A stretch of 52,859 bases of DNA, filler included, from Squatina squatina (Eukaryota): NCBI GenBank assembly GCA_031763465.1. It is 3 parts of 3 records of this genome, joined end to end, with 100 filler letters (N's around TTAATTAATTAA, not from the genome) between each part and the next. Parts side by side here need not be neighbours in the genome. Positions count along the whole stretch, not along the records: positions 1 to 14,391 come from JARFOE010000235.1; positions 14,492 to 28,461 come from JARFOE010000057.1; 1 more part is not named here. One strand, 5' to 3'. Below are positions 11,084-22,042 of this stretch, one piece after another (within the stretch, counting starts at the first letter, position 1; every line of letters begins with the position of its first letter). The translations under genes and the position numbers were made by a program. Below the pieces are notes generated by a model that was not told the origin of the DNA, made no database searches, and saw nothing but the letters and a program-made list of their open reading frames with translations.

Positions 11084-11184
11084 TNNNNNNNNNNNNNNNN
11101 NNNNNNNNNNNNNNNNNNNNNNNNNNNNNNNNNNNNNNNNNNNNNNNNNNNNNNNNNNNNNNNNNNNNNNNNNNNNNNNNNNNN

Positions 11185-11762
11185 AACTTCGGGCTTTACT
11201 TTAAGGCACAACAACTGGCGCCTGGGGCTTGGATTCTCTTGGCAATGTTTTGGCTCCTGGAGTTTTTACAGGATGGGCGCCGTTTCCAAACATTAAAAAC
11301 TTATTTTATTTCGTTTTGAGTTGAGTTGGAGTCCGGCAAATTGGATTCACGAACGCGAAAAAACTTGTATCTGGTATTTAAGTTTTTATCAATAATATCG
11401 CTTTGATTCTCAGCAAATGGCTCTATCAGCGTGTATATTGGACATTCTGCTATAGGGTTAGAAGCGCTGGGCCCCTGTGCGGCCGCTACTCAGGCCGATG
11501 GAGGCGGATTACTGGCAGCAGCTCGCTTTCAGCTTTGGAAACACCGACGCCATTGCGGCTTCAGTACCGGAAATCCAGATCCTGTAGGGGTCAAAGATCT
11601 ACTTCCGGACAGCCTCCTATCTCACACAGCCGCAAGGGGGCGCTGTCCGCCCGCTGTAGTACCTCATCCCGCGCACCGGGGGGCGCTGCCTGCTGTAATG
11701 GCACAGTCTGGCCGATTGGCGCCGCCGGTGAGTCAGTGTTAAACGGCACAGGCCGGATTTAA
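11185..11762. mobile_element. GC- and CpG-rich non-autonomous DNA transposon-like repeat
   Basis: CpG-rich block resembling shark Harbinger-type MITEs; overlapping ORFs have no recognisable product. Confidence 0.3.
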
Positions 11763-12244
11763 AGTTTACAAATAGGGTTTTTGTGTAAATCAAATTATAA
11801 CGATAAAGTCANNNNNNNNNNNNNNNNNNNNNNNNNNNNNNNNNNNNNNNNNNNNNNNNNNNNNNNNNNNNNNNNNNNNNNNNNNNNNNNNNNNNNNNNN
11901 NNNNNNNNNNNGTCCTGTGTCACCATTCAATTAAATCATCGCCGATCTGTAGTTCAACTCCATTTTCTGCCTTTGACACACATCTGACCCTGAATCCTAA
12001 ATACTGACTGACCCAGTTTGTGAAGCAGAGTTTGATCAGTGCCTGGTTGATGAGGGACTGGTGGGGTGTGTGTTTGGGGTGAAGACACATTGTCCTAATC
12101 CGGACTAAGGCCGAGATGAGGACAAGGACAATGACCCTGGTGGGAGTCACTGAGGGGACAGTTGAGACTCTGTCTCATTCCTGCCATTTGTTTCCTTGTG
12201 GCTGCATGTGCAATGTTTAAAGTGGACTTTGTGCTACACTGCAG

Positions 12245-12452
12245 GTGAAATCCGTGGACAGACCCTCCTTGACATTGGTTCTGGCCCTACTCTGTACCAG
12301 GTCATCAGCGCCTGTGACTTCTTTAACAAGATTGTGATGTCTGATTATTTGGAGGTGAATCGAGAGGAGCTGTGGAAATGGCTGCGAGGAGAGGCCGGAG
12401 CCTTCAACTGGAGCCCGTACGTCAAGTATGTGTGTGGCCTTGAGGGGAAGAG
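12245..12452 (+). CDS. PNMT: Phenylethanolamine N-methyltransferase exon 2 (NNMT/PNMT/INMT family, SAM-binding motif I)
   Basis: 208-nt exon, ctgcag| to |GTGAGT; GEIRGQTLLDIGSGPTLYQVISAC...DYLEVNREELWKWL...GAFNWS...LEGK. Lies beside ERBB2 as in human. Confidence 0.88.
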
Positions 12453-12559
12453 GTGAGTGTATGTGCTGCTCCACAGAGTCAGGGTCATTACCCAGGAGAG
12501 GTCAGAGTGCAGGCAGTCGGTCAGTGAAGGGTCAGTGGGGGAGCGGTCAGTGAGGGCGA

Positions 12560-12728
12560 TGTCATGAAGATTGGGAAAATTTCAGAAAACAGAAAAGGAT
12601 GCCAAAAAAATGGAAGAAAATGGACTATGAGAATAAACTAGCAAGAACTATAAAAACTGACAGTAAGAGCTTCTATAAGTATATAAAAAGGAATAGTGGC
12701 CAAAGTGAACTTTGGCCCCTTCGAGGCT
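12560..12728 (+). mobile_element. CR1 LINE ORF2 internal fragment
   Basis: KMDYENKLARTIKTDSKSFYKYIKR..KVNFGP, the CR1 linker between EN and RT. Confidence 0.8.
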
Positions 12729-12926
12729 NNNNNNNNNNNNNNNNNNNNNNNNNNNNNNNNNNNNNNNNNNNNNNNNNNNNNNNNNNNNNNNNNNNNNNNN
12801 NNNNNNNNNNNNNNNNNNNNNNNNNNNNAGATTTGTAGTAGTATGGGGATGCTTGGGGAGAGGAGTGTCCCGAGAGAGATGCCTGGGCTGGCTTCTAAAT
12901 CATTGCTTTGTCTCTCCTTATTCCAG

Positions 12927-13017
12927 GGAGGTGAGGGAGTATCTGAATGAATCATCCTGTATCCCATGTCACACAGAGTGTCTCCCACAGAACGAAACAC
13001 AGAGCTGCAGTGGAATG
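12927..13017 (+). CDS. ERBB2: ERBB2 exon 14 equivalent (domain IV)
   Basis: 91-nt exon, ttccag| to |GTAAGG; EVREYLNESSCIPCHTECLPQNETQSCSGM. Confidence 0.85.
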
Positions 13018-13940
13018 GTAAGGAATCTCCCAGGATCTGCCAGTGGAGCATTTCCACAGCTCACTTCACACATCAGTGGCTGTACAGTCACAAACCTTTC
13101 AACACGTCTAGCATGTAGTGTCTGCAAGAACAGTAAGAGAATCCCCGGGGCAGGGGCGGCATGGGGATTAGAGGGGTGCATGGGGGAGAGAATAAATCGG
13201 AGTGGATGGATACAGGAAGTGACAGCGGCTGCACTCAGTACCTTGCCCAAGCGATCATTCTTAAGGTGCCGAGGCCTGTCTGCTCTGTCAGATGTCAAAT
13301 GGGGGCGGTGGGGAGGTGATGGGCAGTCGCCTCACATTCCATGGGGTTCTGTTTAATGCTCCCACATCAGGTTTTCTCACTTCATTCCTGCCCGACACAA
13401 TTTCCTCTTCCCCTTCCACCCACACACAGCTGTGGCAAGTATGTAAAGTTTATTCTGTACTTTTATTCTTGCCCCCATGTGCAGCCACTTGCCTTTGAGT
13501 GAGCACATCCCTTTAAATTTCAGTTGCAGGCCTGATTTTCTGCATCTTCCTTTAGGTGAACTGCCAGTGCAAGGCCCAGAACTGTGCTCAGAGCCCAGGC
13601 TAATTATTTAGCGCAGCTCACCTTTGGCGTGCCACCCTGGTGCATTATGGTCCGGCTTTGCATTGGTCGTTGGACATTCCTGGTGCAAATGTTACAGGAA
13701 CCAAAATTGGGCTTAAATATTGGAGGGATATTCCACCATGGGGATATCACAACTGCGTGCAAGCACTTTCTTCAGCTGAGGTGCTGAGGCCAATTGTTAT
13801 TGAGGGCCAAGTGTGAGGCTTTGAGCTGGGAGCAGAGGGACTGAGGAGCGAGTGTGAGGTTTTGATTTGGGAGCTGATGGGTGAGTGTCATGCTTTATGC
13901 AGAGGCTGGAAAGGTGCTGACATTTTCCTTTCGCCATTAG

Positions 13941-14086
13941 GGGGCTGGTGACTGTGTGGAGTGTGCTCATTACAAGGATGGTACGCACTGCGTGGCGAAA
14001 TGCCCAAGTGATTTACACAGGCATATCTGGAAATATGCTGATGAAAATGGCTTCTGCCAACTGTGTCCCACAAACTGCAGCCACTC
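13941..14086 (+). CDS. ERBB2: ERBB2 exon 15 equivalent (domain IV)
   Basis: 146-nt exon, ccattag| to |GTGAGT; [49 protein letters not shown]. In frame with the previous exon; absent from the ORF track. Confidence 0.87.
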
Positions 14087-14178
14087 GTGAGTAAATAGCA
14101 ACTGCTGAATGAGTACGAACCTCAGTAACTCCTCCCCTGCGAGTATTTTCTCTAATTGATTCTGTTTTGTGTCTTCAG

Positions 14179-14223
14179 ATGTACAACTGGTGACGATGGA
14201 TGTCCTGAGGAGCCCATTCACAG
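14179..14223 (+). CDS. ERBB2: ERBB2 exon 16 equivalent (extracellular juxtamembrane)
   Basis: 45-nt exon, tcttcag| to |GTAGG; CTTGDDGCPEEPIH versus human CVDLDDKGCPAEQRA. Confidence 0.82.
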
Positions 14224-14309
14224 GTAGGCCTCACTGGGGCAAAGTTCAGACCCTCAGTTAGTCGTTTCATGGCTTATGGTTATGGTGCAGTGTCACCAAG
14301 GCCCTATAT

Positions 14310-14391
14310 AATTTCAGTAAGACATCTTTACTCCTGTACTCAAATCCTCTTGTAATAAAGGCCAACATACCATTTGCCTTCCCAATTGCTT
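14310..14391 (-). mobile_element. CR1 LINE fragment
   Basis: Reverse reads KANGMLAFITRGFEYRSKDVLL, a CR1 ORF2 C-terminal motif. Confidence 0.8.
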
Positions 14392-14491
14392 NNNNNNNNN
14401 NNNNNNNNNNNNNNNNNNNNNNNNNNNNNNNNNNNTTAATTAATTAANNNNNNNNNNNNNNNNNNNNNNNNNNNNNNNNNNNNNNNNNNNN
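14392..14491. other. Artificial concatenation linker (44N + TTAATTAATTAA + 44N)
   Basis: Exactly 100 nt; palindromic six-frame-stop spacer at 14436-14447. Confidence 0.95.
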
Positions 14492-15715
14492 TGCATTCGG
14501 AGATCAGCCAACTGTAGCAGGTAACATTATAATACAGGTCAATACTTGAGGCTCTTGCAATACTGAATCGCACACTTCTATTCCCTCTGTCATTCAGTCT
14601 CATTAGTGTGGCTCAACACTGCAGTCAGATCAATACAAGACAGCTGTCAACTAAACTCCCTTTTCTACACAACCCTTTGCAGCCAACTGCTTTTGTCAGA
14701 TGACACTCTTGGTAAAGATACAATGGGAACAGTGTCGTTTGTTTCATAAAACTATGAGAGGGGCGACTTTAAACCCTTCTGGGCGGGAAGGGTGCAGACC
14801 AGTGGGCGGTTAAAATCGTTGCAGTGCTCTTACTGCTCTCTTCTAGATGTGTTCCGCTGGCCGCCATTTTAACCGTGCAATTTCCAGAATCGACCGAGGT
14901 GCCTGCCAAAGCCTGGTAAAGACCTCAGGAATACGTGCACACTGAGGTCCTATGACCCGATTACAACCACCATTTTAACACAAAATCATGGACGTTACGT
15001 CTAGCGTCCAATTTGCCTGTAAAACCTGGCAGGATTGGTCTCGGTGCCACTGCAGCAGCATTTAAAAGGGCGAGTAAGCCTGATGGTGATTGGATCTGTG
15101 TGCCCTTGTGCTGTTTGAATTGCCAGGGTTATTTCCTGCTTTCAGATCACTTCTTTCTCACTTTTTGTTTGGACTCACTTACCGTCAATAAGCTGTGTCT
15201 GCTTTTCAAGGCCGACTATTATTGCCAGTTCCGACAGGATGAAGGAAGACTTGGGAGGAAGAGGAGCAGCAGTACCGTCAACCAGCTGAACTCTGCAACC
15301 TCCTACAACAGGACCTGGTGCCTGGGTGTTCTGCTTTGCCAGTGCCTGCCAAAGTCTACCACAGCCCTTAACCATTGCAGGTTAATTTGTGAATTCCCAG
15401 ACGATGCCCCATTTGAGTCATTTTGGGGTCAAGTTGGCTTATCCCATTAATGATCTGTTTATAAAAATATGAATGTCCCGTTTTTGCTGAATTTGCACAC
15501 ATAAGGAGTGGATGGGCAGCTGCTAGAGTAATAGCAACAAAAATGGATGTGTTTTAATTTTTAAATAGATGAGCTCCAGTTGCTCATGTTCATGGTGGGA
15601 GTCAGGTTACAGGCAAGCAGTCCAGTGATGGTGTATCCATCAGTTGACCTAACTTCTGTTAGTGGGCTGATTCGTCTGAGTTGTGCTTTGGCAGTGTACG
15701 GGTGAGTTTGTATCT

Positions 15716-15853
15716 TACATAGAAGTTACAGCACAGAAACAGGCCACTTGGCCCAGCTGGTCTATGCTAGTGTTTATGCTCCACACGAGCCTCCTCCCAT
15801 CCTACTTCATCTCACCCTATCAGCATATCCTTCTATTCCTTTCTCCCTCATGT
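15716..15853 (-). mobile_element. CR1 LINE 3' end
   Basis: ACATAGAAGTTACAGCACAGAAACAGGCCACTTGGCCC is the reverse of the CR1 tail. Confidence 0.7.
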
Positions 15854-16846
15854 NNNNNNNNNNNNNNNNNNNNNNNNNNNNNNNNNNNNNNNNNNNNNNN
15901 NNNNNNNNNNNNNNNNNNNNNNNNNNNNNNNNNNNNNNNNNNNNNNNNNNNNNCTGCGCTACCAAGTCTCCTTTATATATACTACTGATCATTATCAAAA
16001 GAGCCTTATAGGCGGTACATGATAATACTCCTACAGATCATAAGATTCAAGGTGGTCAATCTAATTTCATTAATAATTTATTACTTGTTAGTAGCACCAG
16101 TTTCATCAAGCCTTCAAATATGTTGGTGAAGAGTGTGAAGTGCTAAATTCTTTTTATATAAAATACAACTTTCAGCAGTGATTAATAAATAAAATATAAT
16201 TTGAGATTACCTACGATATTTTTAATAGATAATCAGTGAAAATAGTAATGAAAAACAGCCTTGTGCCCTGGAGATTGTAGACCACATTTTTAGGGAATCT
16301 AAATTAGTTTTCATTCTGGTAAGTACTGAGGCAGTGAATTTCCAGTGATCAGAAACACAACTACACACAAGGCTTGCAGCAAAACAGATGAGATTAATTT
16401 CATTCAAGGACACCATTAATGAATGAACAAATTGTTGGTTGAGATGATAAATCATCTTTAGGCACTTAACAAATAATAAGTACAATCTATTTCATTCCCA
16501 CATATTCTACTTGACCACAATACTGATGAGAAGGAATGGTCTTTTCAGTTAAAGTTTTTGTGTGCCTAAATGTTAATTGTGTAAGCAAAATTAATACTAA
16601 TGATAAATATTCATGTTGTGATGGATATTGCATCCTGTGTAATGCAATGGCTTAGCAAACTGTTCTTGCACCTCTGGGACATTAGCTTCAATCCATCTTG
16701 GACAGATGGTGTGAAGTTTGTCTTTTGCTGCCAAACATCAAGGGCTTACGATACAGGACTGCCCACAATTAGGAACAAAGTGATGTTGAGTTGGCACTCT
16801 CACTACAACAGGACATCAGAACGGCTGGTGTTGAAAATGGAAAACA

Positions 16847-17187
16847 ATCTGTGGAGAGCGAAAAAGTGTTAACATTTCAGGTCACTGGCCTTTCAGCAGA
16901 ACTGGCAAAAGTTAGAGATGTAACAGGTTTTAAACAAATACAGAGGCAGGGAAAGTAAGGGGGAGGAGGAGGGGATGAAAGAACAAAAGGGAAGGTCTGT
17001 GAAAGGCAGGGGTGATTAAATGACAAAATGGATGATGGGGCAAGGCAAAAGGGAATGGTAATGGGATAAGTAAAGAAACAAAAGATGGGTCTAGAGGAGG
17101 TGTAAATGGCAACAGAAGAATCATTACCAGTGCCAGTTGGTACTGAAAATTGAGAGCACTGGTTATGCTCTGAAATTGTTGAACTCA
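16847..17187 (-). mobile_element. Penelope-like element 3' end/pLTR with degenerate hammerhead motif (16866-16905)
   Basis: Reverse: ..GAGTTCAACAATTTCAGA (ORF end EFNNFR) ... CAGTT CTGCTGA A AGGCC AGT GACCT GAAA TGTTA AC ... CTCCACAGAT. Confidence 0.7.
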
Positions 17188-18659
17188 NNNNNNNNNNNNN
17201 NNNNNNNNNNNNNNNNNNNNNNNNNNNNNNNNNNNNNNNNNNNNNNNNNNNNNNNNNNNNNNNNNNNNNNNNNNNNNNNNNNNNNNNTGCAGGGAGAGAA
17301 TTTCCTAAAGGGCTTCCCCACAACTTTGGAGAAGGTCCTATTATTTAAAGTTGGAAATGCAATAAGTAACAGAGCCTCTCCTTAAGTCTTGAGTAAGCCC
17401 TTTGGGGAATCCTGAACAATTCAAAAGCTTGTTTCCAGAAACCAGCATTTTGATTGCAGCCTGGGAGAGGGACGGGGAAGAAGAAATGGGGCAGATATCA
17501 TGGAGGCGCTAACAAGCCTGGAAGATGTACTTATTCACAGCGGGTGTGCCACTGGACAGCGGAGTAGTGGAAGACTCAGTCTTGTGTGGAGAGGAAGCAG
17601 GCCTGAGATTGGGAAGAGGGAGCTCAGTACAGTAGCAGATAATGGATGATTGGACAGGAAAAAAAATGGCTTCAACTGGGTCATGCCAGAAGATGTTTGT
17701 TTAGTATAACAAAGATTTCATTTTTTATTAAATCTCATTACCTCTTATTTACAGAGGTTTTGCTTTTCTACAATGTGCTTGCCCAGAGATTTTCAAAATT
17801 TGGACCAGTAGGTTCACTTGCTACAAGGCAACTTTTAAGATATTAATGTAGCTACTGTACATTATTCTGTGACAGCCTGACCAAGAACACAGGAACAATA
17901 TAAATATTGACATTGAATTGAAATGTCATGCAAGATGTGAACATGCAGCCCACAGGGTTTTAGAGTGAGCACCTTTGTCTTGTAATAAGTAATCATTGCC
18001 CAGCAGCTGAATTGGTTGGACAATTGATTTCCAACCAGAAAGCCTTATGCTCCAGTCCTAGGGCTAACTGATATTCAAGCTTATTTCAAACTCTTGGTTG
18101 AGTTTAATCAGTTTTTAGCTGAATCACTAGAGGGAGTATCACATCCTTAAATACTTCGATTTGAAGTTGTGTGAAAACAGATAACATTCAGCTTGCTTAA
18201 TTAAACTGTTTTTGCTGATAAGCAGTTGTTCATGACCCTGATGGTGGTTCATGGAGAAACCCAGAATCAAGGTTACATATTCCATCTCACCACCACTCAA
18301 AGCTGGATAAGAATACTTGATAAATCTAAAGTAGATGGGAAAAGAATCTTTAGAAAAATTAGTATCGCTGCTGTAACTTTAGATCTGTATCATTGGATTG
18401 AGCTACTAGTACAAACCGGTTAGTGAGCACCAACTGATGAGAATTCTCTCATGCAATTTTATTGTCAAAATACTCTAACAGAAAATATGTTGGCTTATAC
18501 AAACATTTTAGTCTGGATTGAGTGCTTTATAGCTACAGTTGTTAGCACTGAACTGGTCAATTGATAGATTCACAAGTATGAGAATTCTATTTCAACAAAA
18601 GAACAAATACAAATGTCATTTGTATGTAGTTCATCTAAAGTTGTGAGCCTTCACGATGA

Positions 18660-18803
18660 GTGTAATAAAATGAATGAACTAGTGGCACAAATACAGATTA
18701 ACGGGTATGATCTGATAGCCATTATGGAGACATGGTTACAAGGAGATCAAAGCTGGGAACTCAATGTTCCAGGATTTCTGACTTTTCGGAAGGATAGGCA
18801 GGA
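18660..18803 (+). mobile_element. CR1 LINE APE endonuclease fragment
   Basis: NKMNELVAQIQINGYDLIAIMETWLQGDQSWELNVPGFLTFRKDRQ. Confidence 0.85.
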
Positions 18804-19039
18804 NNNNNNNNNNNNNNNNNNNNNNNNNNNNNNNNNNNNNNNNNNNNNNNNNNNNNNNNNNNNNNNNNNNNNNNNNNNNNNNNNNNNNNNNNNNNNNNNN
18901 NNNGCGGCATAAAACACAATCCGCTAGCTGATTTGGTTGGTTAATCAGCTTTTTGAATAAACTAATTGACTTGCCTTCTTCCAGAATAAAAGGATATTTT
19001 GACATTTGGCCCAAGGTGGTTTAACAAAATTTGAGTGTG

Positions 19040-19792
19040 AGTTTTTCTAGTTCATGATACAATTGCCTGGAATTTGCAGTTGTAATGACAGTGAAACTGT
19101 CAACGCTCTTCTTCATTACTGTGTAAAACTGACAGTAACTTCTGGTGTCCACACATGCGCAGCTAAAATACGAAAGTTGCTGTCAGTGAAACCCAACTCC
19201 TCCACAGGGTACGCTGTTGCAGTGTTTGCTGACGAAATCAGCATAGAATCAGTGATTTGACGTGAACTTCAACTTCTTACACACTATACTCGCTGTAAAA
19301 ACCATTGAAAAAGTTAAGCCTTGTTGAATGAGATGTGACTGAGTTTTTAACGACGTACTAAGTCATAATTATTGCTGAACAATCCCTCTGGCCCGGAAAA
19401 TCTAATTTTAGAAGTATGAAGTGTCATTCCATCCATTCTATGACTTTTTTTTAAAGTTTGTTTATGATAGTTCAGCTTCCACCTTAATCCCATGTGTATG
19501 TCCCAATCTTTATTTGGCTGTCTGTAAAATGATTAAAAAGTAAATGATAATCAGTACTTTTTACTTCCTGGTTTAATGCCCGTGAGAATTCTTCAATCAG
19601 ATTTGTTGCTCAGCCTGCTTGATGACATCATTATCCTTGGACGCCAGAGATCCCCTTCAGATGGTGCTAGAATGAAATTGGCATCATAATAGGGGACATC
19701 GATGCACAGTGCCCGGTAAATCTTCATGGGCAACTTATTTTTCAGGTTAGCGACAAGTGCCATCCCTTTGCCACTGACTGCAAAATCCAGGC
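19040..19792. mobile_element. Non-autonomous DNA transposon-like repeat
   Basis: Ends in CTGACTGCAAAATCCAGGCC, similar to other AAAT..GGCC(C) termini in the window; left boundary uncertain. Confidence 0.35.
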
Positions 19793-21657
19793 CAATGAAG
19801 TGACTACACAGATAATCCGACAAATCTTCAGACAGGCAGGGTTGGTGGAGTATACACGTTGAAAATCCATTGCATAAAATATGTATCCCATCGACACATT
19901 TAACCTTCAGAAATACATTGCGGTATCAGGGCCATCCACTGGATAAACATCTTGGAATTACAAGAATGAAATTGGAGTGCAGAACTGTATGGAGGGAAGA
20001 GCGCCAGGAAAAATGAGCACACGTATAAGGTGAGGACATGAGATAACACAAGCTGATGAAATATCGGCACATCTTGGATAGGAGAAACTCAAAGAGAGAA
20101 CAGGTCGAAAGAACAGAAACAAACCGTGCACACAGGGGTGAGTTGAAGGGGATTGTTCTTTGAAGAATATTTCCAGTATTACAGTGAGAAGCTCATAAAT
20201 TATTGCATAACTGCCACATTTGAAGAATATGATTAATAATAAATAAACATCAACACTGTACACTATTTTATGCATATGAACTAGTTATTCTTGTGAACTC
20301 AGGAGGTGGAGTAAGTGATTTGATTGCTAGAATGAAGTTAGGTAGACGGGCAAGGTCATTCTTGTCTTACACCTCCGAATAATTGAAAATGTTTTGTATA
20401 AAATCATTGGTTAAAAACTGCTGCAGAAGGCTCAGTATGCAGAAGAGGTAGCTACCAAATAAAAAGAGGCCCAAGGCCACACTTCACCATAGAGTGAAGC
20501 AAATACCCATTTGAAAGCTTTCTGAGAATTTAAAGACACTTCTGCTGTTTAGTATGTCTCTCGCATTGGGTTTCCGTTTAATACTGATAAAGGATTTTGC
20601 ATTTTCTCCAAAATATAGATCTATTTTTTAAACAGCCTGGTCAGAATGAAGTAATTGTCAAATAGTTTCTATTTAAATCAACATTTGGCTAAAGTTTTAA
20701 CCTGAGTTGAGGTGGAGTTCATTGTCCTATAGTTTACATATTTTAACAGTTATTTCTTTCTGGTTTAAGAAGGAGATGGGAAATGCATTTTTATGTTTTG
20801 TAATTTTTTGAATATGAAATTCCTGTCTTTTTTTCAGTGCACAAAATTCCATCAATAGATCAACTAGATCTGGGATGTTAGCTGAGGATCTATATTTTAT
20901 TGCTACCTAAGCTGTTTCCTTTGCTCTCATTCCAGTTATCCTCATTANNNNNNNNNNNNNNNNNNNNNNNNNNNNNNNNNNNNNNNNNNNNNNNNNNNNN
21001 NNNNNNNNNNNNNNNNNNNNNNNNNNNNNNNNNNNNNNNNNNNNNNNGATTAGTCAGAGTAGTGTAATTTTGATTTCCCCAGATACAACGCTAACACAGC
21101 AGGGAATAATCCACCTCATGCAGATTGCAAAAGGTCCTTTGTTGACTAGAAACTAGCACTATCTGCTAATTTATTGAGCTGTCATGTAAACAAATAAGAT
21201 ACCATTCACCTGATTAAAAACCAAATTACATTCTTGTTTTTTTGAATAACATGGCCATGTCTTTGCCTTGGTTTTTTGTTTATGTGCCATATATAGTGTT
21301 GGCTGATAGTAGTGAGTAGACTACGTTATTATATTGCTATTGATTTTTCCTAGCGACAAGTTGTGGTTGTCAGATTGCTTCCAAGGTGAAGGGATTGAAA
21401 AATAACAGAACATCAGAAATTTTCTTCCTCTCAATGTATCAGTTAAGGTGCTCACCTACCCAAAGTTTTAGGGCTAGATATTCGGGGGCAGTAACTTTCC
21501 CGGTCTGGGACATTTACCGCCCGGCCCGGAGGTTCCACCCCTGGCACGGTATTGGCCNNNNNNNNNNNNNNNNNNNNNNNNNNNNNNNNNNNNNNNNNNN
21601 NNNNNNNNNNNNNNNNNNNNNNNNNNNNNNNNNNNNNNNNNNNNNNNNNNNNNNNNN

Positions 21658-22042
21658 GGTTAAGAGAATGTTTGATAGAGGTACTCAGAACCATGAAGGG
21701 TTTTGATGGAGTAAGTATGGTGAAACTGTTTCCAGTGGCAGAAGGATCGGTAGCCAGAGGACACAGATTTAAGGTGATTGGCAAAAGAAAGATGGTGGAG
21801 GCGACAAAAGGAAACAGTTTTTTATGTATTGAGTTGTTGTGATCTGGAACGCGCTGTCTGAAAGGGCGGTGGAAGCAGCTTCAATAATAACTTTCAAAAG
21901 TGGAATTGGATAAACACTTGAAAAGGAGAAAAGCTGCTGGGTTATTGGGACAGATCAGGGGAGTGGGACTAATTTCAAAGAGCCAGCACAGACATGATGG
22001 GCCGAATGGCCTCCTTCTGTGCTGTATCATTCTATGATTCTA
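21658..22042 (+). mobile_element. CR1 LINE 3' end
   Basis: LIEVLRTMKGFD..KLFP..ARGHRFKVIGKR, then GATGGGCCGAATGGCCTCCTTCTGTGCTGTATCATTCTATGATTCTA tail. Confidence 0.88.

Noticed and set aside
9975-11296. Plus-strand ORFs of 163 and 222 aa overlapping CDK12 exon 2
   Set aside because: Antisense shadows of a GC-rich, Pro/Ser-rich exon, partly extended through N gaps.
1-14391. Operon-like compact cluster or fusion of six genes
   Set aside because: Every gene lacks most exons and pieces are separated by placeholder gaps, so the compaction is an assembly effect.
14436-14447. TTAATTAATTAA palindrome as a biological site (also 28506-28517)
   Set aside because: Centred in exactly 44N+44N both times; a synthetic spacer.
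19911-20030. Possible exon (cttcag| ... AAG|GTGAGG)
   Set aside because: Stop codons in all three frames; no recognisable protein.
20838-20910. Possible terminal exon after a strong TTTTTTTCAG acceptor
   Set aside because: No recognisable peptide and no supporting partner exon; such tracts are common in AT-rich DNA.
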